From positions 1 through 60,172 of the forward strand of contig JBKPLC010000031.1 of assembly GCA_046731495.1 (NCBI GenBank): a DNA stretch of 60,172 nt, given 5' to 3'. Of the stretch, positions 38,243 through 47,029 are shown piece after piece. The stretch comes from Actinomycetota bacterium. Its GTDB lineage: Bacteria; Actinomycetota; Thermoleophilia; Solirubrobacterales; 70-9. Below the pieces are notes generated by a model. The model saw only the letters and a program-made list of their open reading frames with translations. It was not told the origin of the DNA and did not search any database. Both the position numbers and the translations under genes were made by a program. Within the stretch, counting starts at the first letter, position 1. Each line of letters opens with the position of its first letter.

Positions 38243-40248
38243 TGGACTCCTCGCATCAGGTACGCGAACGCGACGCCCTCGGTCGAGAGCTCCTCCTCCT
38301 TGGCGGGCTTACCGTCCTCCTCCGCCTTGCCCTTCGCCGCCTTGGAGTCAGGGAAGAGCTTGTAGGCGGTGTTGAGGATCGCGTCCGAGGCCTTCGGGGC
38401 CACGTTGTAGAGCAGCTCACCGAAGTTGCCGAGACGGGTCGCGACCTTCTTCGGCTTGCGGATCATCGCGTCGCAGATCATGTCCGCGGCCTCGTCCGGG
38501 GTGATGGTCGGGAAGGCGTCGTACATCTTGGTCGGGGCGATCATCGGCGTCCGGACGAGCGGCATGTGGATGGTGGTGATGTGGACGCCGTCGTCAATCA
38601 CCTCCGAGGCGACGCAGCGCGACCAGGCATCCAGCGCGGCCTTCGAGGCGACATAGGCGGAGAAGCGTGGCGTGTTGGTCTGCACGCCGATCGAGCTGAT
38701 GTTGATGATGTGCCCGCCCTTGCGGCCCTTGCTCCGCTTGCGCATCTCGGGCAGCAGGCTCAGGATCAGCCGCAGCGCGCCGAAGTAGTTCAGCTGCATG
38801 GTCCGCTCGAAGTCGTGGAAGCGGTCGTAGGAGAGCTCGACCGAGCGGCGGATCGATCGGCCGGCGTTGTTGACCAGCACATCGACGCGGCCGTGCTCCT
38901 CGATCACCTCCTTCGCCATCCGCTCGACGTCCTCGAGGTCGGAGAGGTCGCACTGGTGGATGTGCGCGGTGCCGCCCTCCTCCTCGATCTCCTGCTTCGT
39001 CTCCTCGAGCTTCTCGGGGGTGCGCGCGACCAGCAGCACCTCGGCGCCGGCGGCACCGCACTTGACCGCGCAGGCCTTGCCGATGCCGGACGAGGCGCCG
39101 GTGATCAGGACCACCTTGCCGCCGATCGCCCCGGAGAGCGAGCGGTCCTTGAACAGGTCCGGGTCGAGGTTCCGCTCCCAGTAGTCCCAGAGCCGCTCGG
39201 CGTAGCTCCCGAGCGGCGGGACCGAGATGCCGGTGCCCTCGAGTGCGGTCTGCGTCTTGGTGGAGTCGAAGTCGGTCGGGTAGTTGATGTAGACGAGGAC
39301 CGAGCGGGGGATGCCGAGGTCGTGCAGGACCTGGTCCGTGATCCGCTTGACCGGCGGCAGCATCATCAGCCCGCCGCGGACCTGCTTCGGGATGAACTCG
39401 AACATGCGCGAGTCGATCCGCATGGCGGCCTCCGGCGCGTGCGCCGCCCGCGCGAAGACGTTGATCACCTGGCCCGCGGTGAGCGGATTGGGGTCCGTGA
39501 GGTGGAAGGCCTGCCCGTCGAAGCCCTCGAGGTGGGCGAGGTGATCCATCGCCTTGGCGACGAAGTCGACCGGGACGATGTTGATCTTCCGTCCCTCGAT
39601 CCCGACGCCGGGGAACCACTGGGGAACCGCGTTGCGGGCCCGCTGGAGCAGCTTAAAGAAGTAATAGGGACCGTCGATCTTGTCCATCTCTCCGGTCTCG
39701 GAGTGGCCGACGACGATCCCGGGCCGGTAGACGCGCCAGGGGACGTCGCACTCCTCCCGCACGACCTGCTCGGACTCGTGCTTGGTCTGGAAGTAGGGGT
39801 GGTTGTCCAGCTTCTCGGCCTCATCGAACATGTCCTCGGTGAAGGTGCCCTTGTAGAGACCGGCCGCGGCGATCGAGCTGACCATGTGGAAGCGCTTCGC
39901 GTCGAGCGCCTCGGCGAGTCTCACCGCCTCGCGGGTCCCCTCGACGTTCGCGATCCGCTGGCTCTCCGCGTCCGCGGTCATGTCGTAGATCGCGGCGAGA
40001 TGGAAGAAGTGGTCGACCTTTCCCTTCAGCTCGTCGATCTGGCCGGCGCAGCCGAGCTTCTCCTGGGAGAGGTCGCCGATCACCGGCACAACCCGGTCCT
40101 CCTCGGCGCCCCAGCGGCTCTTCAGCTCCTCCAGGCGGCCCCGCGATCCCTCGCGGACCAGCACGTAGATCGTCCCGTCCCGCTTCAGCAGCTGCTCGAC
40201 CAGGTTGCGGCCGATGAACCCGGTGGCTCCCGTGACGAAGTAGCTCAT
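38236..40248 (-). CDS. bifunctional fatty acyl-CoA reductase (N-terminal NAD-binding FAR domain) fused to a C-terminal SDR domain (AcrA1-like)
   Basis: N-terminal YFVTGATGFIGRNL.. Second Rossmann VVLITGASSGIGKA with ..NNAG.. and ..YVASKAAL... 670 aa, GGAGG 7 nt upstream of the ATG. Confidence 0.85.
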   Translation of the reverse strand: MSYFVTGATGFIGRNLVEQLLKRDGTIYVLVREGSRGRLEELKSRWGAEEDRVVPVIGDLSQEKLGCAGQIDELKGKVDHFFHLAAIYDMTADAESQRIANVEGTREAVRLAEALDAKRFHMVSSIAAAGLYKGTFTEDMFDEAEKLDNHPYFQTKHESEQVVREECDVPWRVYRPGIVVGHSETGEMDKIDGPYYFFKLLQRARNAVPQWFPGVGIEGRKINIVPVDFVAKAMDHLAHLEGFDGQAFHLTDPNPLTAGQVINVFARAAHAPEAAMRIDSRMFEFIPKQVRGGLMMLPPVKRITDQVLHDLGIPRSVLVYINYPTDFDSTKTQTALEGTGISVPPLGSYAERLWDYWERNLDPDLFKDRSLSGAIGGKVVLITGASSGIGKACAVKCGAAGAEVLLVARTPEKLEETKQEIEEEGGTAHIHQCDLSDLEDVERMAKEVIEEHGRVDVLVNNAGRSIRRSVELSYDRFHDFERTMQLNYFGALRLILSLLPEMRKRSKGRKGGHIINISSIGVQTNTPRFSAYVASKAALDAWSRCVASEVIDDGVHITTIHMPLVRTPMIAPTKMYDAFPTITPDEAADMICDAMIRKPKKVATRLGNFGELLYNVAPKASDAILNTAYKLFPDSKAAKGKAEEDGKPAKEEELSTEGVAFAYLMRGVHW

Positions 40249-40317
40249 GACCCCTCCTCCATCTCTCCCCGGAACTTACACCGCTGCCCGAGAGTTCGGC
40301 AGCGCAATAATCAAGGT

Positions 40318-40599
40318 GTGGGGCTCTTCTACGACCCGGCCAGCACCCCGGACCCCGAGCGCGACGAGCGCCTGCGCGCCGCCGCCGCCCGGGTGGAGCT
40401 CCGGCCCGCCGAGCGGGCGGCCTGGCTCGGAGTGCGCTCGCTGGCCTGCCCCCATTGCGACATGCCGATCGCAATCTCCGGGCCCGTCAGCTTCTCGGAT
40501 CTGATCGCCTGCGCGTTCTGCGAGACCACGGCTCCGACCCGCGATTTCATCCGCGATCAGGGCTGGCCCGCCGTCGACCTGATCGCGCGCATCGGATAG
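40318..40599 (+). CDS. small zinc-ribbon-like hypothetical protein
   Basis: This is the tail of the antisense artefact ORF 38242..40599 once it leaves the FAR gene. GTG 40318 is preceded 6 nt upstream by AATAAT. It contains CPHC..(21)..CAFC. Confidence 0.4.
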   Translation: MGLFYDPASTPDPERDERLRAAAARVELRPAERAAWLGVRSLACPHCDMPIAISGPVSFSDLIACAFCETTAPTRDFIRDQGWPAVDLIARIG

Positions 40600-40649
40600 G
40601 GCCTTTCCTGCCGGGCTGAGCTCGGGAACGTCATACAGTTAGTAGGGGT

Positions 40650-43600
40650 ATGGCCACTCAGCAGAAGGTGCAGCTCCTGATGCCCGAGATGGGCGAGTCA
40701 GTGACCGAGGGAACCGTGCTCGAGTGGCACGTGTCGGAGGGTGAGGAGGTCGAGGAGGGCCAGACGATGGTCGAGGTCTCGACCGACAAGGTCGACGCCG
40801 AGGTCCCCGCGCCGGCCTCGGGCACCGTCACCAAGATCATGGTGCAGGTCGACGAGGAGATCGAGGTCGGCAAGCCCCTCGCCGAGATCGACCCGAACGG
40901 CGGACCGCCCGAGAAGACCGAGGAGCGCGCCGCCAAGGAGGAGGAGGCAGAGGAAGTCGGCGAGGAGGCCGAGGAGCCCGCAGCCGAGTCGAACGGCGCC
41001 GGCGCGCCGGCGACACAGGAACCTGCCGCGGAGGCCGGCGAGAAGGCGACGACCGACGATGCCTCGGTGTCCGCCGGCAAGGAGCTCGAGGGCGGCGGCC
41101 TGGAGATCGTGATGCCCGAGATGGGCGAGTCAGTGACCGAGGGAACCGTGCTCGAATGGCACGTCTCCGAGGGCGACCAGATCGCGGAGGGCGACACGGT
41201 CGTGGAGGTTTCGACCGACAAGGTCGACGCCGAGGTCCCCGCACCGTCCTCGGGGACGATCACGAAGATCCTGGTCGGGCCCGACGAGACGATCGAAGTC
41301 GGCAAGCCACTCGCCGAGATGACCAAGGGCGAGGCGCCGAGCGGCGACGGGGCGGGGGCGGCCGCGCCGCAAAAGGAAGCTGATGAGCCGCCCGCCGCTG
41401 AGGCGGAGACGGCGGACGGCGCCCGGGCCACCCCCGTCGCCCGCCGCGCCGCGCGGGCCAACGGGGTCGACCTGAAGGGCGTCAAGGGCACCGGCGCCGG
41501 CGGCAAGATCACCAAGTCCGACGTGCTCTCGGCCGAGGGCGACGGGGCCGCACCCACCGCGGCCGAGGGCGAGACGAAGCCGCTCCGCGGCCCGGCGGCC
41601 ACCCTCGCGAGGGCGATGAACGAGAGCCGCTCGATCCCGACGGCCACCTCGTTCCGGGAGCTCGCCGTGGACACCCTCGACGCGAAGCGCAAGGCGCTCA
41701 ACGAGGTCTTGAAGGAGCGCGGGATGAAGGTGAGCTTCACCCATCTGATCGCCTGGGCGATCGTCAAGGCCGCTCAGGACTGGCCTGTGATGGGCCGTGC
41801 CTTCGCCGAGCAGGACGGCAAGCCCACGGTGATCGAGCCGGGCGGGATCAACCTCGGGATCGCCGTCGATGTCGAGCGCAAGGGGCAGCGCTCGCTGCTC
41901 GTTCCGTGCATCAAGGGCGCGGACACCCTCGACTTCGCCGGCTTCCACTCCTACTACGAGGACCTGATCAACAAGACCCGCGAGAACAAGCTCACGGCGG
42001 ACGACTTCCAGGGCACCAACATCAGCCTCACCAACCCGGGCGGGCTCGGCACCGTCGCCTCGGTGCCCCGCCTGATGTCGGGCCAGGGGACGATCGTCGC
42101 CTGCGGCTCGCTCGCCTACCCCGTCGAGTGGAAGCACGCGCCGCCCGAGAAGATCAAGGCGCTCGGCATCTCCAAGGTGATGACGATGACCTCGACCTAC
42201 GACCACCGGGTCATCCAGGGCGCCGAGTCCGGCTCCTTCCTGCGCCGGATCGAGGAACTGCTCCAGGGCGAGGACGACTTCTACGAGTCGGTTGCCGAGG
42301 ACCTGGGTATCGACGCCGGGCCGGTCACCGCCGCGCACCCCGCCGCCGCTTCCGCGCCACCGCTGCCAGCGGCTGGGGCGCCCGGTGAGCCGGCTCCGTC
42401 CGTCGCGGCGAAGCCGGACACCGAGCTCCTCCAGGCGGTCCAGGCCGCGACCTCGCTGCTCAAGGCCTACCGCACACACGGCCACCTGGCGGCCCGGCTC
42501 GACCCGCTCGGCTCCGAGCCGAAGGGGGATCCCGCGCTGCAGCCGGAGAACCTGCACCTGACGCCGGAGCTGATGGCCCAGATCCCCGCGGAGATCCTGC
42601 GGATCGGCGTCGAGGGCGAGACGCTGCTCGAGGCCCTGCCGCGGATGCGCGAGGCCTACTGCGGCACGATCGCGTACCAGATCGAGCACCTCTCCTCGCA
42701 TCAGCAGCGGATGTGGCTACGGGACATGATCGAGACGGGCTGGCACCGCAAGCCGCTCGAGCCCGAGGAGAAGCACGAGCTGCTCAACCGGCTGATCCAG
42801 GTCTTCGGCTTCGAGCGCTACCTGGAGAAGGCCTACCTCGGCCAGAAGATGTTCTCGGTCGAGGGGCTCGACACGATCGTCCCGATGCTCGACGAGGTCT
42901 TCGAGATGGCCCACACCGAGGGCGCCCACGACGTGGTGATCGGCATGGCGCACCGCGGCCGGCTCAGCGTCCTCGCGCACAACATCGGGCGCCCGGTCGA
43001 GGCGATTCTCGCCGAGTTCGAGGGCGCCAAGGCGATCGAGGCGGTCAAGTCGCTCGCGGCGATCCCGACCGGCGGCACCGGCGACGTCAAGTACCACTAC
43101 GGCCACAACGGCGCCTACAAGGCGAAGGACGGCTCGGAGATCGGCGTCCGGCTCTACCCCAACCCGAGCCACCTCGAGTACGTCGATCCGGTGGTGACCG
43201 GCGCTGCCCGCGCGGCGCAGAGCACCCGGCGCGACGGACGGCTCGAGCACGATCCGATGGCCGCCGTCCCCGTCCTGCTGCACGGTGACGCGGCCTTCCC
43301 GGCTCAGGGAGTGGTGGCGGAGACGCTCAACCTCCAGTCGCTGAAGGGCTATGCGACCGGCGGCACCGTCCACATCATCCAGAACAACCAGATCGGCTTC
43401 ACCACCGATCCGGAGGAGGGGCGCTCGACACCCTACGCCGCCGACATGGCGAAGGGCTTCAACGTGCCGATCGTCCATGTGAACGCCGACGACCCCGAGG
43501 CCTGCCTGGCCGCGGTCAGGCTGGCGATGGCCTACCGCGAGCGCTGGGGCCGCGACGTCGTGATCGACCTGATCGGCTACCGGCGCTTCGGCCACAACGA

Positions 43601-45038
43601 GACCGACGAGCCGGCCTACACCCAGCCGCTGATGGCGGCGAAGATCAAGGAGCATCCGCCGGTCAGCCAGCTCTACGCCGAGGAGCTCGTCAAGGGGGGG
43701 ATCGTCACCCCGGACGAGGTCGAGGAGCGAAACGACGAGCGCCAGAAGGCTCTCAAGGCGGCGCACGACGACCTCCGCCAGAAGATCGAGTCGGGCGAGT
43801 TCGCCGATCCCACCGCCACCGGCACCGCAGAGCTCGATCGGACCCGGAGCCCGAGCGTCGAGACCGCCGTGGCCGAGGACAAGCTCCGGGAGCTGAACGA
43901 GGAGCTGCTCCGCGTGCCGGACAGCTTCACCATCCACCGCAAGCTCCGCAAGCCGCTCTCGAAGCGCCGCGACGCGCTCAACGAGGGCGGGATCGAGTTC
44001 GGCCACGCCGAGGCGCTCGCCTTGGCGTCACTGCTCACCGATGGGGTCCACATCCGGCTGACGGGACAGGACACCGAGCGCGGCACCTTCTCCCACCGCC
44101 ACCTCGTGCTCCACGACGAGAAGACCGGGCTGCACTTCGCTCCGATCCAGAACCTCGACGAGGCGAAGGCGCCGTTCGAGCTGCACAACAGCCCGCTCTC
44201 CGAGTCGGCGTGCCTCGGCTTCGAGTACGGCTACTCCGCGGCCTCGCCCGAGAGCCTGGTCCTCTGGGAGGCGCAGTTCGGAGATTTCGGCAACGCGGCG
44301 CAGGTGATCGTCGACAGCTTCATCGCCTCGGCGGAGGCGAAGTGGGGACAGACCTCACGCCTCACCCTGTTGCTGCCGCACGGCTACGAGGGCGCAGGCC
44401 CCGAGCACTCGAGCGCCCGGATCGAGCGCTTCATCCAGCTCGCCGCGGAGGGCAACATCCGGCTCGCCAACCCCTCGACGGCGGCGCAGTACTTCCATCT
44501 TCTTCGCCGCCAGGCCCACATCCAGAAGGCGCGACCGATGATCGTGTTCACGCCGAAGGGCCTGCTGCGGCTGCCGCGAGCGACCTCGACGCTCGATCAG
44601 CTCACGTCCGGCTCATTCCAGTTCGTGCTCGACGACCCGCACGCGGAGGGCCGCAAGGAGCAGGTTGAGCGGCTCGTCCTCTGCAGTGGGAAGGTCTACT
44701 ACGACATCGACGCGGCGCCGAAGCGCGAGGAGATCGAGAACGTCGCGGTTGCCCGCGCCGAGCTCCTCTACCCATTTGCCAAGGAGCAGATCAGCGCGTT
44801 GATCGGGAGCTATCCGAACCTGAAGGAGCTGGTCTGGGTCCAGGAGGAGCCGCGCAACATGGGCGCCTGGTCGGTCATGCAGCGCCGGATGCCTGAGCTG
44901 CTTCCTGACGGTGTCGAGCTCGGCTACGTCGGCCGGCCGCCGCGCGCCAGCCCCGGCGAGGGCTACGCGGTGGCGCACACCAAGGAGCAGGAGCGGATCG
45001 TCCTCACCGCGCTGATGGGCCGCGCGGATCCGGCTTAA
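40650..45038 (+). CDS. odhA: fused 2-oxoglutarate dehydrogenase: two lipoyl domains, a subunit-binding domain, the E2o succinyltransferase core and the E1o (SucA/Kgd) component
   Basis: Two lipoyl domains (..EVSTDKVDAEVPAP.. twice), PSBD (ATPVARRAARANGVDLKGVKGTGAGGKITKSDV), E2 core with TSTYDHRVIQGAESG, then E1o (..AYRTHGHLAARLDPLG.., ..RGRLSVLAH.., TPP-binding region). 1462 aa. Confidence 0.9.
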   Translation: MATQQKVQLLMPEMGESVTEGTVLEWHVSEGEEVEEGQTMVEVSTDKVDAEVPAPASGTVTKIMVQVDEEIEVGKPLAEIDPNGGPPEKTEERAAKEEEAEEVGEEAEEPAAESNGAGAPATQEPAAEAGEKATTDDASVSAGKELEGGGLEIVMPEMGESVTEGTVLEWHVSEGDQIAEGDTVVEVSTDKVDAEVPAPSSGTITKILVGPDETIEVGKPLAEMTKGEAPSGDGAGAAAPQKEADEPPAAEAETADGARATPVARRAARANGVDLKGVKGTGAGGKITKSDVLSAEGDGAAPTAAEGETKPLRGPAATLARAMNESRSIPTATSFRELAVDTLDAKRKALNEVLKERGMKVSFTHLIAWAIVKAAQDWPVMGRAFAEQDGKPTVIEPGGINLGIAVDVERKGQRSLLVPCIKGADTLDFAGFHSYYEDLINKTRENKLTADDFQGTNISLTNPGGLGTVASVPRLMSGQGTIVACGSLAYPVEWKHAPPEKIKALGISKVMTMTSTYDHRVIQGAESGSFLRRIEELLQGEDDFYESVAEDLGIDAGPVTAAHPAAASAPPLPAAGAPGEPAPSVAAKPDTELLQAVQAATSLLKAYRTHGHLAARLDPLGSEPKGDPALQPENLHLTPELMAQIPAEILRIGVEGETLLEALPRMREAYCGTIAYQIEHLSSHQQRMWLRDMIETGWHRKPLEPEEKHELLNRLIQVFGFERYLEKAYLGQKMFSVEGLDTIVPMLDEVFEMAHTEGAHDVVIGMAHRGRLSVLAHNIGRPVEAILAEFEGAKAIEAVKSLAAIPTGGTGDVKYHYGHNGAYKAKDGSEIGVRLYPNPSHLEYVDPVVTGAARAAQSTRRDGRLEHDPMAAVPVLLHGDAAFPAQGVVAETLNLQSLKGYATGGTVHIIQNNQIGFTTDPEEGRSTPYAADMAKGFNVPIVHVNADDPEACLAAVRLAMAYRERWGRDVVIDLIGYRRFGHNETDEPAYTQPLMAAKIKEHPPVSQLYAEELVKGGIVTPDEVEERNDERQKALKAAHDDLRQKIESGEFADPTATGTAELDRTRSPSVETAVAEDKLRELNEELLRVPDSFTIHRKLRKPLSKRRDALNEGGIEFGHAEALALASLLTDGVHIRLTGQDTERGTFSHRHLVLHDEKTGLHFAPIQNLDEAKAPFELHNSPLSESACLGFEYGYSAASPESLVLWEAQFGDFGNAAQVIVDSFIASAEAKWGQTSRLTLLLPHGYEGAGPEHSSARIERFIQLAAEGNIRLANPSTAAQYFHLLRRQAHIQKARPMIVFTPKGLLRLPRATSTLDQLTSGSFQFVLDDPHAEGRKEQVERLVLCSGKVYYDIDAAPKREEIENVAVARAELLYPFAKEQISALIGSYPNLKELVWVQEEPRNMGAWSVMQRRMPELLPDGVELGYVGRPPRASPGEGYAVAHTKEQERIVLTALMGRADPA

Positions 45039-45065
45039 CCGCCCCGGCACACCGCCCTCGTCGGC

Positions 45066-45218
45066 CTAGAGGTACGGACTCCAGCAGACGATCGTGCCGG
45101 CGATCAGCAGCGGAGCCAGCACAACCACCCCCAGCCAGGCGAGCACCCGCATCACCAGCTCGCCCTCGCCGCGAAGGAGGCCCAGCAGGCCCGGCTTGTC
45201 AGGGTCAATTCGCATCAT
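45066..45218 (-). CDS. possible 50-aa small membrane protein
   Basis: MMRIDPDKPGLLGLLRGEGELVMRVLAWLGVVVLAPLLIAGTIVCWSPYL. Found by hand because it is below the track cutoff. It has one TM segment and no clear SD or -10 box. Confidence 0.25.
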   Translation of the reverse strand: MMRIDPDKPGLLGLLRGEGELVMRVLAWLGVVVLAPLLIAGTIVCWSPYL

Positions 45219-45462
45219 CGAAGCGGTCTCGGAATTGTGCCCTACGGCGGCGGGGCCGGATCCCGCGTAGCCGCGGTCAGGCGAGTCGAATCAATGAGGC
45301 CTTGCCGACTTGTGGCCCCATACGGGCCCCAAAACAGCAACGCCTAGGCGGAAGCGCAAAGCCGGCCTGAGCGGGCCGTCCGAGCGGGCCATCGCCCCCG
45401 TCCGAACGGCCCCCTCATGCAACGGGTCGCGCCCCGCCTTCGGCTGCGGCGCGCCCTCGCAT

Positions 45463-45657
45463 CTAGGCCGGCCCCGTGAGCGCCGCACGTCTGATCACGG
45501 CCACCGAGAGGGAGTGGCCGCAATCGGGACATGCGCTGAGCCGAGCCCAGGAGTGGTGTTCCGCGGCGCAGGTCGCGCACCGATACGACCGCTGCAACCG
45601 CACGAGCCGCCTCATGCCCACACTGGAGTTCCGCTGCTCTCCGTGGAATCGCTCCAT
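45463..45657 (-). CDS. possible small zinc-ribbon protein
   Basis: CATC..(13)..CPDC in a 64-aa ORF with mostly G/C third positions. No SD or -10 support. It lies in an otherwise non-coding 530-nt stretch. Confidence 0.3.
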   Translation of the reverse strand: MERFHGEQRNSSVGMRRLVRLQRSYRCATCAAEHHSWARLSACPDCGHSLSVAVIRRAALTGPA

Positions 45658-45767
45658 GGCGGAAGCTTGCCTGGCGTGTCACGGAAAACCTATGGACAAC
45701 CGGTAGGAAGATCACCCCGTCCCGCTTCGACCGGCGGTCGAGGTCAGGCACACGCTAATTTCGCCAC

Positions 45768-46124
45768 GTGACCGCCGCGGAACACGCTGAGCCCCTGCGG
45801 AAGCCCGTCCCCGGGCGGCTGTTCAGGTGGGTGAAGATCGTCTCCTGGTTCGAGTCGTGCCTGTTCGCGGCGCTGCTCTTCTTCTGGATCGCCCCCGGCT
45901 ACGACTCCCAGACCGCCCTCTTCGGGCTCCTGCACGGCGTCGGATACCTCGGCCTCTGCGGCCTGGTGTTCGTCGCGCTGCTGCGCCACGAGGCGCCCTG
46001 GCCCCTGTTCGCGGCGACCCTCACCCCGATCGGGCCGTTCGGCACCGTGATCGGCATCGAGCTGATCGAGCGAAAAGGCTGGGGAATCCAGCAGAAAGCG
46101 GCCGCCGACGCAGGCGCGGGTTGA
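45768..46124 (+). CDS. DUF3817-like integral membrane protein
   Basis: 118 aa with 3-4 TM segments. ..HGVGYLG.. and ..IGPFGT.. resemble DUF3817. TAATTT lies 6 nt upstream of GTG 45768. Confidence 0.65.
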   Translation: MTAAEHAEPLRKPVPGRLFRWVKIVSWFESCLFAALLFFWIAPGYDSQTALFGLLHGVGYLGLCGLVFVALLRHEAPWPLFAATLTPIGPFGTVIGIELIERKGWGIQQKAAADAGAG

Positions 46125-46378
46125 CACGCACGGGCCAACGAGGAAGAATCACCCCAGGCGGGAGGACGTAATAACTTGAACAACTCGTCCCGGGGCCAGT
46201 CCCGCCTCCCGGGACGATCGCGTCGGAAATCCCTCCCTGGCTACCGACGCGCAGGCGTGGCGCGGGCCGTGTGGACCCCCTGCCTCCCGCGGCCCCGCCA
46301 CGCCGTCTCTTTAACGACCTCAAATCGGGGAAACGCGGGCCGCCGCCGCTGAATGGCGGGCGATCCGCAGCGGCGGGC

Positions 46379-47029
46379 TCAGCGGCGTCGTCCTCGACGG
46401 CCCCCCGCCATGGGATTGGCGTACAGGGTGTGCTCAGCCGTATTGATCAAGAGGTCGACCGCTTTGTCACGCGAGAGACCACGCTCGGTGAGGAGCGTGT
46501 CGAAGCTCTCGAAGCCGGTCAGCATGAAGAGGATGTGCTCGGCGTCCTTCGTGCTGAGTCCCTCGCGTAAGACGCCCTGCTCGGCGAGGCGGCCCGCCAG
46601 GCGCTTCATCGCGGCAGCGCGCTCGTCGTCCATCCTCTTCACCACATCGCCGACGGCTTCCTCGTCGAGCTGTCCCATTGAGCGCAGGGCCCGGTAGATG
46701 TCGCGGTTCGCGGCAACCATCCGGCCGTAGGCCCGCATGCCGGCGCGCAGGTAGTCGCGGGCGTCGGGCTGGTGCTTGGCGTCCACGAGGCTGGAGTAGC
46801 CGGAGCGTTCGGCGAGCTCACGGCCGACCGCGTCGAACAGCCCGGCTCGCGAGCCGAAGATCGCATACACCGTTGAGCGCGCCACCCCGGCATCGCGCGC
46901 AATCCGGTCGATCGCGACCGGTTCGGCCGGCGACTCACGCAGGCGGTCGAAGACCGCTTCGATAATCCGCATGCGAGTGCGGGCGGCGTCCTCCGCGCGG
47001 GCGCGCTGCTGGTAGGGACGCGGGGTCAT
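46379..47029 (-). CDS. TetR/AcrR family transcriptional regulator
   Basis: N-terminal HTH ..IDRIARDAGVARSTVYAIFGSRAGLF... Confidence 0.9.
   Translation of the reverse strand: MTPRPYQQRARAEDAARTRMRIIEAVFDRLRESPAEPVAIDRIARDAGVARSTVYAIFGSRAGLFDAVGRELAERSGYSSLVDAKHQPDARDYLRAGMRAYGRMVAANRDIYRALRSMGQLDEEAVGDVVKRMDDERAAAMKRLAGRLAEQGVLREGLSTKDAEHILFMLTGFESFDTLLTERGLSRDKAVDLLINTAEHTLYANPMAGGRRGRRR

Noticed and set aside
38242-40599. 785-aa plus-strand ORF, the longest listed in this region.
   Set aside because: It is antisense to the FAR-SDR gene, whose frame carries two clear Rossmann motifs. The product is Arg/Gly/Asp/Leu-rich with no motifs, typical of antisense ORFs in high-GC DNA. Only its last 93 codons, beyond the FAR gene, are kept as a low-confidence zinc-ribbon ORF.
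41130-44006. Two long minus-strand ORFs (523 and 429 aa) inside the odhA region.
   Set aside because: They are antisense to a gene with lipoyl, E2 and E1o motifs, and their composition is typical of antisense artefacts.
45361-45472. 6C RNA or another known actinobacterial small RNA, suggested by C-rich runs (CGCCCCCG, GGCCCCCTC).
   Set aside because: The C-runs do not sit in the loops of two adjacent hairpins as 6C RNA requires, and I could not fold it convincingly by eye. It is retained only as an unassigned structured element.
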